From contig CAVSQW010000006.1 of NCBI GenBank assembly GCA_963730185.1, forward strand, positions 416,001-480,000: a stretch of DNA of 64,000 bases. The letters are read 5' to 3'. Below are positions 1 through 8,103 of the stretch, in pieces (position 1 is the first letter of the stretch; each line of letters opens with the position of its first letter). Source of the stretch: an uncultured Gemmatimonadales bacterium (lineage in GTDB: Bacteria; Gemmatimonadota; Gemmatimonadetes; Gemmatimonadales; GWC2-71-9). The notes beneath the pieces were generated by a model. It saw only the letters and a list, made by a program, of their open reading frames with translations, was not told the DNA's origin and ran no database searches. The translations under genes and the position numbers were made by a program.

Positions 1-1
1 C

Positions 2-30
2 TTGCGAACCACGTCGGGGCTCCGCAGAAT
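2..30 (+). promoter_or_regulatory. Putative sigma70-type promoter of the mutase operon
   Basis: TTGCGA (2-7), 17-nt spacer, CAGAAT (25-30), upstream of a ~150-nt leader. Confidence 0.3.
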
Positions 31-185
31 AGGTCGGCAGCGGAACGACGCCATCCCGCTCTCTGCCGGGTCCCCCTGAATGGCGGTCGGCGTTGACTGT
101 CGGGGCGGCAACGAAGGTCGGAGCCGACAAGGGGTACGCCGACGGTCGGATCGAGCCGCCGGCTGTCTTTCGGGAGGGGCAACCA

Positions 186-1874
186 GTGAACAAGACCAAC
201 GAGGTGGCGGCGACCCCGGGATCGCCCGACGTGGAGACCTGGCAGCGCACCACCCTTGCTGCCAGCCTCGAGCGGCTCCGACCGCGACGCGAGGCGTTCA
301 CGACGCTGTCGGGACTGCCGGTCAAGGAGCTCTACACGGCCGACGACCTGAAGGACGTCGATCCGGCCCGGGACATCGGGTTTCCGGGGGAGTATCCCTA
401 TACCCGGGGCGTCCACGCGACCATGTACCGCGCCCGGCCCTGGACGATTCGCCAGGTCGCCGGTTTCGGCACGGCCGAGGATACCAACGGACGCTACCGG
501 TACCTGCTGGCGCACGGGGAGACCGGGTTGTCGACGGACTTCGACCTTCCCACCCTCCTCGGCTACGACTCGGATCACCCGATGGCGGTGCCCGAGATCG
601 GCAAAATCGGCGTCGCGGTGGATACCATCGACGACGTCCATCTCCTGATGAAGGACATTCCGCTCGATCAGGTCTCGACCTCCTACACCGTCAACGCGTC
701 GGCCTTCGTACTGATGGGGATGTACGAGGTGGTGGCGAAATCCCAGGGGGTGCGCGCCGACCAGATCACCGGAACCATCCAGAACGACATTCTGAAGGAA
801 TACACCGCGCAGAACGAGTACATCTATCCGCCGGCCGATGCCGTCCGGCTGGTCGTCGACACGATGGAGTACGCGGCCACGACGATGCCGCGGTACAACC
901 CCGTCAGCGTCTCCGGCTATCACATTCGGGATGCCGGGTCGACCGCGGTGCAGGAGCTGGCGTTTACCCTGGCGGCGGGTCACTGCTACGTGACCGAGGC
1001 CGTCGAGCGCGGCTTGTCGGCCGATTTCGTGGCCCCGCGAGTGTCCTTCTTCTGGAACATCCAGAACGACTTCTTCGAGGAGATCTGCAAGCTGCGGGCG
1101 GCGCGGCGGCTCTGGGGACGGATGATGCGCGACTGGGTCGGCGCCAAGGATCCCCGTTCCTGGACGATGCGGGCCCATTCGCAGACCTCGGGCGTGAGCC
1201 TGACCGCGCAGCAGCCCGACAACAACATTGCCCGAACGGCGATTCAGGCCCTGGCCGCGGTGCTGGGTGGCACCCAGTCGCTCCATACGAACTCGAAGGA
1301 CGAGGCATATCAGATTCCCTCGGAAGGCGCGATCAAGATCGCGGTCCGGACCCAACAGATCCTGGCCTTGGAGAACCGGGTCGCGGATGTGGTCGACCCG
1401 TTGGGCGGCTCCTACTACGTCGAGTCGCTCACGACCCGGCTCGAGGAGGAGGCCGAGGCGCTGATCCGCCAGGTGCTGGATCGGGGCGGCATGGTCCAGT
1501 GCATCCAGGACGGGTTCATTCAGCGCCAGATCGCCGATGCGTCGGCCGCCTACCAGCAGGCCGTGGAGGCGAAATCCGAATTCATCGTCGGTGTCAACGT
1601 GCATGCCGAGCCGGAGGGCGAGCTGCCATTCGAGCCGTTCGTGCTCGATCCGGGTCTGGCCGAGCGACAGATCAAGCGAACCCAGGGGATTCGGCGGGCT
1701 CGGGCCCAGGCGGAGGTGGCCAGCGCCCTCAGGGCCATCGAGCAGGCGGCTCGAGGTGGCGAGAACACGATGCCCAGTACGGTTCGCGCGATCAAGGCGC
1801 AGGCAACCGTGGGCGAGATCTGCGATGTGCTCCGGGAAGTCTTCGGCGGGTACCGGGCGCCGATCGTCTACTAG
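186..1874 (+). CDS. B12-dependent acyl-CoA mutase large (substrate-binding) subunit, methylmalonyl-CoA mutase family, HcmA-like
   Basis: Motifs PGEYPYTRG, WTIRQVAGFG, GLSTDFD, QNDILKE, SGYHI, GGTQSLHTN, DPLGGSYYVE. No B12-binding domain. GTG at 186 follows the RBS GGGAGG; the ORF is open from 93. Confidence 0.95.
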   Translation: MNKTNEVAATPGSPDVETWQRTTLAASLERLRPRREAFTTLSGLPVKELYTADDLKDVDPARDIGFPGEYPYTRGVHATMYRARPWTIRQVAGFGTAEDTNGRYRYLLAHGETGLSTDFDLPTLLGYDSDHPMAVPEIGKIGVAVDTIDDVHLLMKDIPLDQVSTSYTVNASAFVLMGMYEVVAKSQGVRADQITGTIQNDILKEYTAQNEYIYPPADAVRLVVDTMEYAATTMPRYNPVSVSGYHIRDAGSTAVQELAFTLAAGHCYVTEAVERGLSADFVAPRVSFFWNIQNDFFEEICKLRAARRLWGRMMRDWVGAKDPRSWTMRAHSQTSGVSLTAQQPDNNIARTAIQALAAVLGGTQSLHTNSKDEAYQIPSEGAIKIAVRTQQILALENRVADVVDPLGGSYYVESLTTRLEEEAEALIRQVLDRGGMVQCIQDGFIQRQIADASAAYQQAVEAKSEFIVGVNVHAEPEGELPFEPFVLDPGLAERQIKRTQGIRRARAQAEVASALRAIEQAARGGENTMPSTVRAIKAQATVGEICDVLREVFGGYRAPIVY

Positions 1875-1896
1875 TCCGTCACGGGAACCGAGAACC

Positions 1897-2295
1897 ATGA
1901 GTCGACCGTTGCGTGTGGTCGTGGCAAAGCCGGGGCTGGATGGTCACGATCGTGGAGCGAAAATCATCGCGCGAGCCTTCCGCGACGCGGGGATGGAGGT
2001 CATCTACACCGGGATCTTTCAGACGACGGAGATGATCGTCCGCACGGTCCTCGAGGAGGATGCCGACGTGCTGGGACTGAGCATCCTCTCGGGAACGCAC
2101 CTGCATTTCGCCGAGGAGATCTGCCGAGCGCTGACCGAGCAGGCCGTGAAGGAGGTGCTGGTGGTGATGGGCGGCACGATCCCGCCGACCGACATCGGCG
2201 CCGTCAAGGGCTTCGGGGTGGCCGAGGTGTTCGGGCCGGGGACGGCCACGGGCACGATCGTGGACTTCGTCCGGCAGTGGCACGATGCCCAATGA
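1897..2295 (+). CDS. Acyl-CoA mutase small subunit (cobalamin-binding domain)
   Basis: AKPGLDGHDRGAK (DxHxxG base-off/His-on motif), GLSILSG, GGTIP. Directly downstream of the large subunit. Confidence 0.95.
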   Translation: MSRPLRVVVAKPGLDGHDRGAKIIARAFRDAGMEVIYTGIFQTTEMIVRTVLEEDADVLGLSILSGTHLHFAEEICRALTEQAVKEVLVVMGGTIPPTDIGAVKGFGVAEVFGPGTATGTIVDFVRQWHDAQ

Positions 2296-3845
2296 CCCGG
2301 CTGGAGCACGGTAGTCCAGCGCGAGTGGACGCGCTCCTGGCCCGGGCGGCGATCAGCGTCCCCAACCGGGAGGCGGTCCGCTTCGAGGGACGGAGCTGGA
2401 CCTATCGGGAGGTCCACGACCGGGCCCGCCGCCTCGCGGGCGGCTTGGCCGCGATCGGCGTGGCCCCGGGCGACCGAGTCGCGCTCTGGACACCCAACCG
2501 ACCGGAGTTCGTCGAGGTGTTCTTCGGCGTGCCCCAATTGGGCGCGATCCTCGCTCCGCTGGACTGCTGGTGGCACTGGCGCGAAGCCGCCGAGGCGCTC
2601 GGCCAGCTGCGGCCGAAGGTGCTCATCGTGGGGTCGCCACAGGTGGCGATGGTGGCGCAGGAGCTCGAGGCGATTCGCGAGCTCGGGGTCGAACGGGTGC
2701 TGTGTCTCGACCAGCCGCCGGGCGGCGTGATCCTGGGCTCCTATCAGCGGACTCTCGCCGACGCGCGGCCGCTCGAGGCGCCGTTGCCGGTCGACCCCAG
2801 TGCGCCGGCCGCGATCCTCTTCACCTCCGGCTCGACCGGCCGATCGAAGGGTGCCGTCCATACCCACGCCGGTCTCCTGGCGGCGGCGACCACGATGACG
2901 GCCGAGCTGCCCTTCGTCGACGGCGAACGGACGCTCCATTTCCTCCCCCTGTTCTCCTCCTGTCTCGAGCACCTGCTCCCCCTCACGCTGGCGCGGGCGA
3001 CCCACCTCATCCTGCCGGCCTTCGACGCGCAGTTGGTGTGGGACAGCGTCCGCGAAGCCCGTGTCACCCATTTCGACGCCGTGCCCACGACCCTCCGCCG
3101 GCTCCTGGAGGTGGCGCCGAGCGAGATCCCGTCGTCGCTGCGGCTGATTTCGTACGCCTCGGAGCCAATGCCCGAGCCGCTGATCACGGCGCTGCTCGAG
3201 CGACTGCCGAGCGTCACGTTCGTCCAGTTCTACGGCATGATCGAGCAGCTCTGTCTCACCGTGCTGGAGGCGCCCGACCAGCTCCGGAAGATCGGAACGG
3301 TGGGCCGCCCGATGCTGGGCGCCGAGCTCGCGGTCCGGAGCCTTCCCGGCATCGACGGTCCCGGAGAGATCGTCGCGCGGGGTCCGACGATGTTCGCCGG
3401 GTACTGGCAGGACCCGGCCACGACGGCGCAGGTGATGCTCGACGGATGGATGCGGACCGGCGACCTGGGCCGCTTCGACGAGGACGGATTCCTCGTGCTC
3501 GAGGGCCGTCTCAAGGAGATGATCAAGACGGGCGGGCTCACGGTGGTCCCGGCCGAGGTCGAGGCCACGCTGGCAGGACACCCCGCCGTTCGGGACGTCG
3601 CGGTGATTGGCGTCCCCGACCCGGAGTGGGGCGAGGCCGTGCATGCGATGGTGGTGCTGGTGCCTGGAGCCACGGTCGGGGAAACGGAGCTCAAGGGGTA
3701 TTGCCGCGACCGGCTGGCAGGCTACAAACGACCGAAGGTCATTCACGTGGTGCCGGAGCTACCGAGAACCGGGATCGGCAAGATCGCTCGTCGGACCGTG
3801 CGCGACCACGTGTTGGCCGTCGAGACCCCCGAAAGGCGACGGTGA
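2292..3845 (+). CDS. AMP-forming acyl-CoA ligase (ANL superfamily)
   Basis: FTSGSTGRSKG P-loop, FYGMIE, WMRTGDLG, GRLKEMIKTGG, LPRTGIGKI. ATGA overlap with the upstream gene. Confidence 0.93.
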   Translation: MTRLEHGSPARVDALLARAAISVPNREAVRFEGRSWTYREVHDRARRLAGGLAAIGVAPGDRVALWTPNRPEFVEVFFGVPQLGAILAPLDCWWHWREAAEALGQLRPKVLIVGSPQVAMVAQELEAIRELGVERVLCLDQPPGGVILGSYQRTLADARPLEAPLPVDPSAPAAILFTSGSTGRSKGAVHTHAGLLAAATTMTAELPFVDGERTLHFLPLFSSCLEHLLPLTLARATHLILPAFDAQLVWDSVREARVTHFDAVPTTLRRLLEVAPSEIPSSLRLISYASEPMPEPLITALLERLPSVTFVQFYGMIEQLCLTVLEAPDQLRKIGTVGRPMLGAELAVRSLPGIDGPGEIVARGPTMFAGYWQDPATTAQVMLDGWMRTGDLGRFDEDGFLVLEGRLKEMIKTGGLTVVPAEVEATLAGHPAVRDVAVIGVPDPEWGEAVHAMVVLVPGATVGETELKGYCRDRLAGYKRPKVIHVVPELPRTGIGKIARRTVRDHVLAVETPERRR

Positions 3846-3849
3846 GCCC

Positions 3850-4233
3850 ATGGAAGGCGTCATTCGAGTGCGGATGTCCGCCGCGGACGGTCATTACGGC
3901 GGTGGCCTGGTCGCCGGTGCGACGGTGTTGAAGCTGGTCGGTGATGCGCTCACGGAAGCGCTGATCCGCCGCGACGGCGACGAGGGGCTGGAGCGGACCA
4001 TGACGGTCGAGCTGCTCGCGCCGGTGTACAGCGGGGACTACCTCGAGGCGAGGGCGAAGCTGCTGTCGATCGGGAACTCCTCGCGGCGATTCGAGTGCAC
4101 GGTGCACAAGCTCATTCGACTGGTGAGTCCGGACGACTCGGCGGCCGACGTGTTGAACGAGCCGTTGCTCGTTCTGAAGGCCACCGGAGTGGCCGTGGTC
4201 CCCTTGCCGAAGCAACGAGCGCGGGGATCATGA
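3850..4233 (+). CDS. kal: 3-aminobutyryl-CoA ammonia-lyase (Kal)-like hotdog-fold protein
   Basis: 127 aa; IRVRMS..D.HYGG.LV.GA, DGDEGL, APVYSGDYLEA, GNSSR, DSAADVL.EP and P..KQR match recalled Kal sequences over the full length. Confidence 0.85.
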   Translation: MEGVIRVRMSAADGHYGGGLVAGATVLKLVGDALTEALIRRDGDEGLERTMTVELLAPVYSGDYLEARAKLLSIGNSSRRFECTVHKLIRLVSPDDSAADVLNEPLLVLKATGVAVVPLPKQRARGS

Positions 4234-5198
4234 CCGCCCCGGAGGCGCTCCTGGCGCGGGCCCGGGCCGGGCAGATTGCCCCGACGGCGCGCCTGCTCTC
4301 GATCGTCGAGAACGACGAGCCAGGAGCGGAGCAGGTGATTCGCGGCACCTTCGCCGACGTCGGGCGGGCGATCCGGATCGGAATTACGGGGTCGCCGGGA
4401 ACCGGCAAGAGCACATTGGTGGCCTCGCTCCTCGCGGCCTATCGGCGAGTCGCGTCTCGGGTGGCGGTCATCGCCGTCGACCCCTCCAGTCCGTACACCG
4501 GAGGGGCGATCCTCGGGGACCGAATCCGGATGCGGGACACCTCCCTCGACCCGGGTGTCTTCATCCGGAGCATGTCGAATCGAGGCGCCTCCGGAGGGCT
4601 GGCCCGGGCGACGGGACGCGTCGCGGACCTCCTCGATGCGCTGGGGTTCGAGGTGATCCTGGTGGAGACGGTCGGCGCGGGGCAGCAGGAGATCGACGTG
4701 GTCCGGCTGGTCGACACGGTCTCGGTCCTCACGATTCCCGGCGCCGGTGACGACATTCAGGCGATCAAGGCCGGCATCCTCGAGATCGCGGACGTCCTGG
4801 TGGTCAACAAGGCCGACCAGCCGGGCGCGGACCAGGCCGTCAGGGACCTGACCCAGATGCTGAGCCTCGGCGCCCCCCGCAACGACTGGAAACCGCCGGT
4901 CGTCCGCACCTCGGCGGCGACCGGCGCCGGGATTGATGACCTCGTCGCCGCCTTGGCGCGGCACCGGGCCTGGGCCGCGGCGTCCGGAGAGACCGAGCGC
5001 CGCCGCCAGGCGGCGATGCGCAGCGAGCTCGAAGCGCTGATGCGCGAGCGGGTGCTTCGAGAGCTGGCCCGCCGGATCGATGCCACGGCGGTTACCGACG
5101 CCGCGTCGCGGGTGATGCGGAAGCAGCTCGATCCCTATGACGCGGTCGAGCTGCTCTTGGCCGGCACCGAGAGAACCTCCGCCACCCGAACCGAGTGA
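4230..5198 (+). CDS. meaB: MeaB/ArgK-family GTPase chaperone for the B12 mutase
   Basis: GITGSPGTGKST, AVDPSSPYTGGAILGDRIRM, ETVGAGQ, KAGILEIAD, VNKAD. ATGA overlap with kal. Confidence 0.95.
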   Translation: MTAPEALLARARAGQIAPTARLLSIVENDEPGAEQVIRGTFADVGRAIRIGITGSPGTGKSTLVASLLAAYRRVASRVAVIAVDPSSPYTGGAILGDRIRMRDTSLDPGVFIRSMSNRGASGGLARATGRVADLLDALGFEVILVETVGAGQQEIDVVRLVDTVSVLTIPGAGDDIQAIKAGILEIADVLVVNKADQPGADQAVRDLTQMLSLGAPRNDWKPPVVRTSAATGAGIDDLVAALARHRAWAAASGETERRRQAAMRSELEALMRERVLRELARRIDATAVTDAASRVMRKQLDPYDAVELLLAGTERTSATRTE

Positions 5199-7108
5199 CC
5201 GTAACGATGCGACCGTTCTTCGCAAGCCTGTTCCTGCTGGTCGGTGCGACCGGCCTGGGCTCCGCCCAGACCCCGAAGCCGGCGCCCTTCAACGACGTTC
5301 CGAAGGACTTCGAGGTTCGGACTCTCCCGAAGGACTTCGTCACCCGGGTCGAAATGATTCCGATGCGCGACGGGGTCAAGCTCAAGACCTACATCGTGCT
5401 GCCGAAGGGCGCGAAGGACGCGGCCATCATTCTGGAGCGGACACCCTACGATGCCGGGAGGTTCTTCCCGAACCCCGACGCCGATCCGCTGTTCCAGGCC
5501 GGCTACATCCGCGTCTTCCAGGACGTGCGCGGGAAGTACGGCTCGGAAGGCGACTACGTGATGAGCCGACCGGCTCGCGGACCGCTCAATCCGACCGAGG
5601 TGGATCACTCGACCGACGCTTGGGATACCATCGACTGGCTGGTGAAGCACCTGCCCGAGTCCAACCGGAAGGTGGGGATGATCGGTGCGTCGTACGACGG
5701 CTTCACGGTCGCCATGGGGCTGCTCGACCCGCACCCGGCCCTCAAGGCCGCCGTGGCGCAAGGCCCCCTGCTCGATGGATGGATGGGCGACGACTGGTTC
5801 CACTACGGGGCCTTCCGCAACATGATGTTGGGCTACGTCCACTCGCAGACCGCGCAGCGGGGGGCGGGAGTGATCCCACCCAGCGATACCTACGACAAGT
5901 ACGAGGAGTTCCTCCGAGCCGGCTCGACCGGAGACTACATCCGAGCGAATGGCCTCGACCGGTTGCCCTGGATTGCCCGGGCCATGGCGCATCCCGCGTA
6001 CGACGGCTATTGGCAGGGGCAGGCGGTCGACCGGTTGCTGGTGGCCCGGCCGTCGACCGTGCCGACGCTCTGGACGCAGGGGCTCTGGGATCAGGAGGAC
6101 ATGTACGGCGCCAACCACGTGTGGCGCGGCTTGAAGGCCGCCGGTCACGAGGCCACCAACTGGCTGGTGCTGGGACCGTGGAATCACATCCAAGTGCACG
6201 GCCTCGGCACCTCGTTGGGTCCCCTGGCGTGGGGTGAGGAAACCGCCCGGATCTATCGCCGCGACATGCTGCTGCCGTTCTTCGACGAGCACCTCCGAGG
6301 CGGCCCGCCCGCCAATCTGGCGCGGGTAGCCGTGTACAATACCGGTGAGAAGCGCTGGGAACGGTTCTCCACCTGGCCCACGGCGTGCGACCGGGGCTGC
6401 GCCACCGGGCTCACGCCGCTCTATCTCACCGCCGGGTTCGGCTTGGCGTTCGACCAGCCGGCGACCGACGGCGGTGATACCTACCTCAGCGATCCCGCCA
6501 AGCCGGTACCGTTCCTGCCCCGCCCCGTGGTCGATCCGTTCGCGGAGCTCGGGATGGGATCGCTGGGGAATCCGTACGAGCCCTGGAGCAAATGGCTGGT
6601 GTGGGATCAGCGCTTCGTGGACGGTCGACCCGATGTCCTCTCCTACGTGACACCGGTCCTCACCTCACCAGTTGAAGTCCAGGGCGTCCCGATCGCGGAC
6701 ATCCGGGCTGAGACCACCGGCACCGACCTGGACGTCGTCGTGAAGCTGATCGACGTCTTCCCCAGCACCGATCCGATCAATCCCCAGGTGAGCGGCTATC
6801 AACTGCCCATCGCGCTGGACATCTTCCGAGGCCGCTACCGGGAGAGCTTCGCGCACCCGATCGCCACGCCGGCCAACACGCCGGAGCAATACCGCTTCGA
6901 GCTGCCTAACGTCAATCACGTGTTCCAGCCCGGACATCGGATCATGGTTCAGATCCAGTCGACCCTCTTCCCGCTGTACGACCGGAACCCGCAGCGCTTC
7001 GTCCCGAACATCTTCGACGCGAAGCCGGACGACTATCGCAAGGCCGAGATCACGATCCTCCGCTCCAAGGCGCAGCCCTCGGCGATCCTCCTGCCCACGG
7101 TCAACTGA
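5195..7108 (+). CDS. Secreted CocE/NonD (S15) hydrolase, alpha-amino acid ester hydrolase type
   Basis: Signal peptide, MRDGVKL, ERTPY, QDVRGKYGSEG, nucleophile motif GASYDG, GDDWFHYGAFR, WDQEDM, GPWNH. GTG 5195 overlaps the meaB stop; alternative ATG at 5207. Confidence 0.9.
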   Translation: MTVTMRPFFASLFLLVGATGLGSAQTPKPAPFNDVPKDFEVRTLPKDFVTRVEMIPMRDGVKLKTYIVLPKGAKDAAIILERTPYDAGRFFPNPDADPLFQAGYIRVFQDVRGKYGSEGDYVMSRPARGPLNPTEVDHSTDAWDTIDWLVKHLPESNRKVGMIGASYDGFTVAMGLLDPHPALKAAVAQGPLLDGWMGDDWFHYGAFRNMMLGYVHSQTAQRGAGVIPPSDTYDKYEEFLRAGSTGDYIRANGLDRLPWIARAMAHPAYDGYWQGQAVDRLLVARPSTVPTLWTQGLWDQEDMYGANHVWRGLKAAGHEATNWLVLGPWNHIQVHGLGTSLGPLAWGEETARIYRRDMLLPFFDEHLRGGPPANLARVAVYNTGEKRWERFSTWPTACDRGCATGLTPLYLTAGFGLAFDQPATDGGDTYLSDPAKPVPFLPRPVVDPFAELGMGSLGNPYEPWSKWLVWDQRFVDGRPDVLSYVTPVLTSPVEVQGVPIADIRAETTGTDLDVVVKLIDVFPSTDPINPQVSGYQLPIALDIFRGRYRESFAHPIATPANTPEQYRFELPNVNHVFQPGHRIMVQIQSTLFPLYDRNPQRFVPNIFDAKPDDYRKAEITILRSKAQPSAILLPTVN

Positions 7109-7138
7109 GGCTTGCCCCGGGCCACGTCCTGAGCGCGG

Positions 7139-8038
7139 TTATCCGGCCTTCTTGCGATGGTACCGGGCAATGCCGTACCAGCTGGCCCGGTAATCCGAGA
7201 ACCGGGCAGCGGTGGCGATCGCCTCGGCGCCAGCCTTGTCGGCGAGCGACGCGATGACGTGCTGCTCGAAGCTCGCGGCCCGTTCCAGGTCGGTGCCCGG
7301 GCTCTCGAGCAGTCGCCCCGCCGCCTCCGTCCAGTCGTGTAGGCCACGGCGCAGCTGCGCCAGGTGAGTGGCCACGTCGTCCCAGAACCCGAAGTGGGTG
7401 GAGAAGAGGCGGCGAGGCTTCCAGGCCTCGATCGCGTCGAGGCTCGCAAGCCAGCGCTCCAGGTCGAAGTCGGGGGCAGGCGTCACGGGCAGGGGATAGG
7501 GGAGAGACGGAAGCCGGATGCCGCCCACGTCCCCGACGTAGGCCGTGTCGGTGGCCCGTTCGAGGTAGGCAACGTGGTGGGAGGCGTGGCCGGGCGTATA
7601 GAGCAGGTCGAATGACCGGCGGCCAAAGGACACCCGCTCGCCGCCCTTAACGACCCTGATCCGCTCGGCGGGAACGGGGACGAACGGACCCCACAGCTTG
7701 TCCATCCGGTCGCCGAAGACCTGGGTCGCACTCGCGAGAAGTCGGGTCGGATCGATGAGATGGGGAGCGCCCCGCTCGTGGACGTAGACCAGCAGCCCCG
7801 GATGCTCGGCAACCAGCAGCCCGATTGCGCCGGCGTGATCGAAGTGAATGTGGGAGAGAAGGATGGCGTGGAGGTCGGTGACCCGGAGCCCATGAGACTC
7901 GAGTCCCGCCCGGAGCTGGTTCAGCGTCGAGCCCGGTCCGGTGTCGAGCAGCACGGGGCCGGCAGGCGTGTCGAGCAGGTGCGAGGCCACGTAGGCTTCG
8001 CGGCCCAGGTGCCTGACGTCGATGGTCACGTCGGTCAT
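7139..8038 (-). CDS. MBL-fold metallo-hydrolase
   Basis: SHIHFDHAG (HxHxDH), TPGHASHH, GD, STHFG. Confidence 0.9.
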   Translation of the reverse strand: MTDVTIDVRHLGREAYVASHLLDTPAGPVLLDTGPGSTLNQLRAGLESHGLRVTDLHAILLSHIHFDHAGAIGLLVAEHPGLLVYVHERGAPHLIDPTRLLASATQVFGDRMDKLWGPFVPVPAERIRVVKGGERVSFGRRSFDLLYTPGHASHHVAYLERATDTAYVGDVGGIRLPSLPYPLPVTPAPDFDLERWLASLDAIEAWKPRRLFSTHFGFWDDVATHLAQLRRGLHDWTEAAGRLLESPGTDLERAASFEQHVIASLADKAGAEAIATAARFSDYRASWYGIARYHRKKAG

Positions 8039-8103
8039 GTCGTAGAATACCCGCCCCGAGGGCGAACGTGATAGGGCCGGTCGCTGCCCTCTGACCGCGT
8101 CGC

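Noticed and set aside
1..185. Canonical cobalamin or lysine riboswitch
   Set aside because: No recognisable B12-box; only fragmentary resemblance (TGAAT, GACTGTC) to lysine riboswitches. Kept only as an unclassified structured leader.
186..2295. Annotation as ordinary methylmalonyl-CoA mutase
   Set aside because: Lacks the Tyr (RQY) and Arg carboxylate-binding residues, has no epimerase neighbour, and sits with a CoA ligase and kal.
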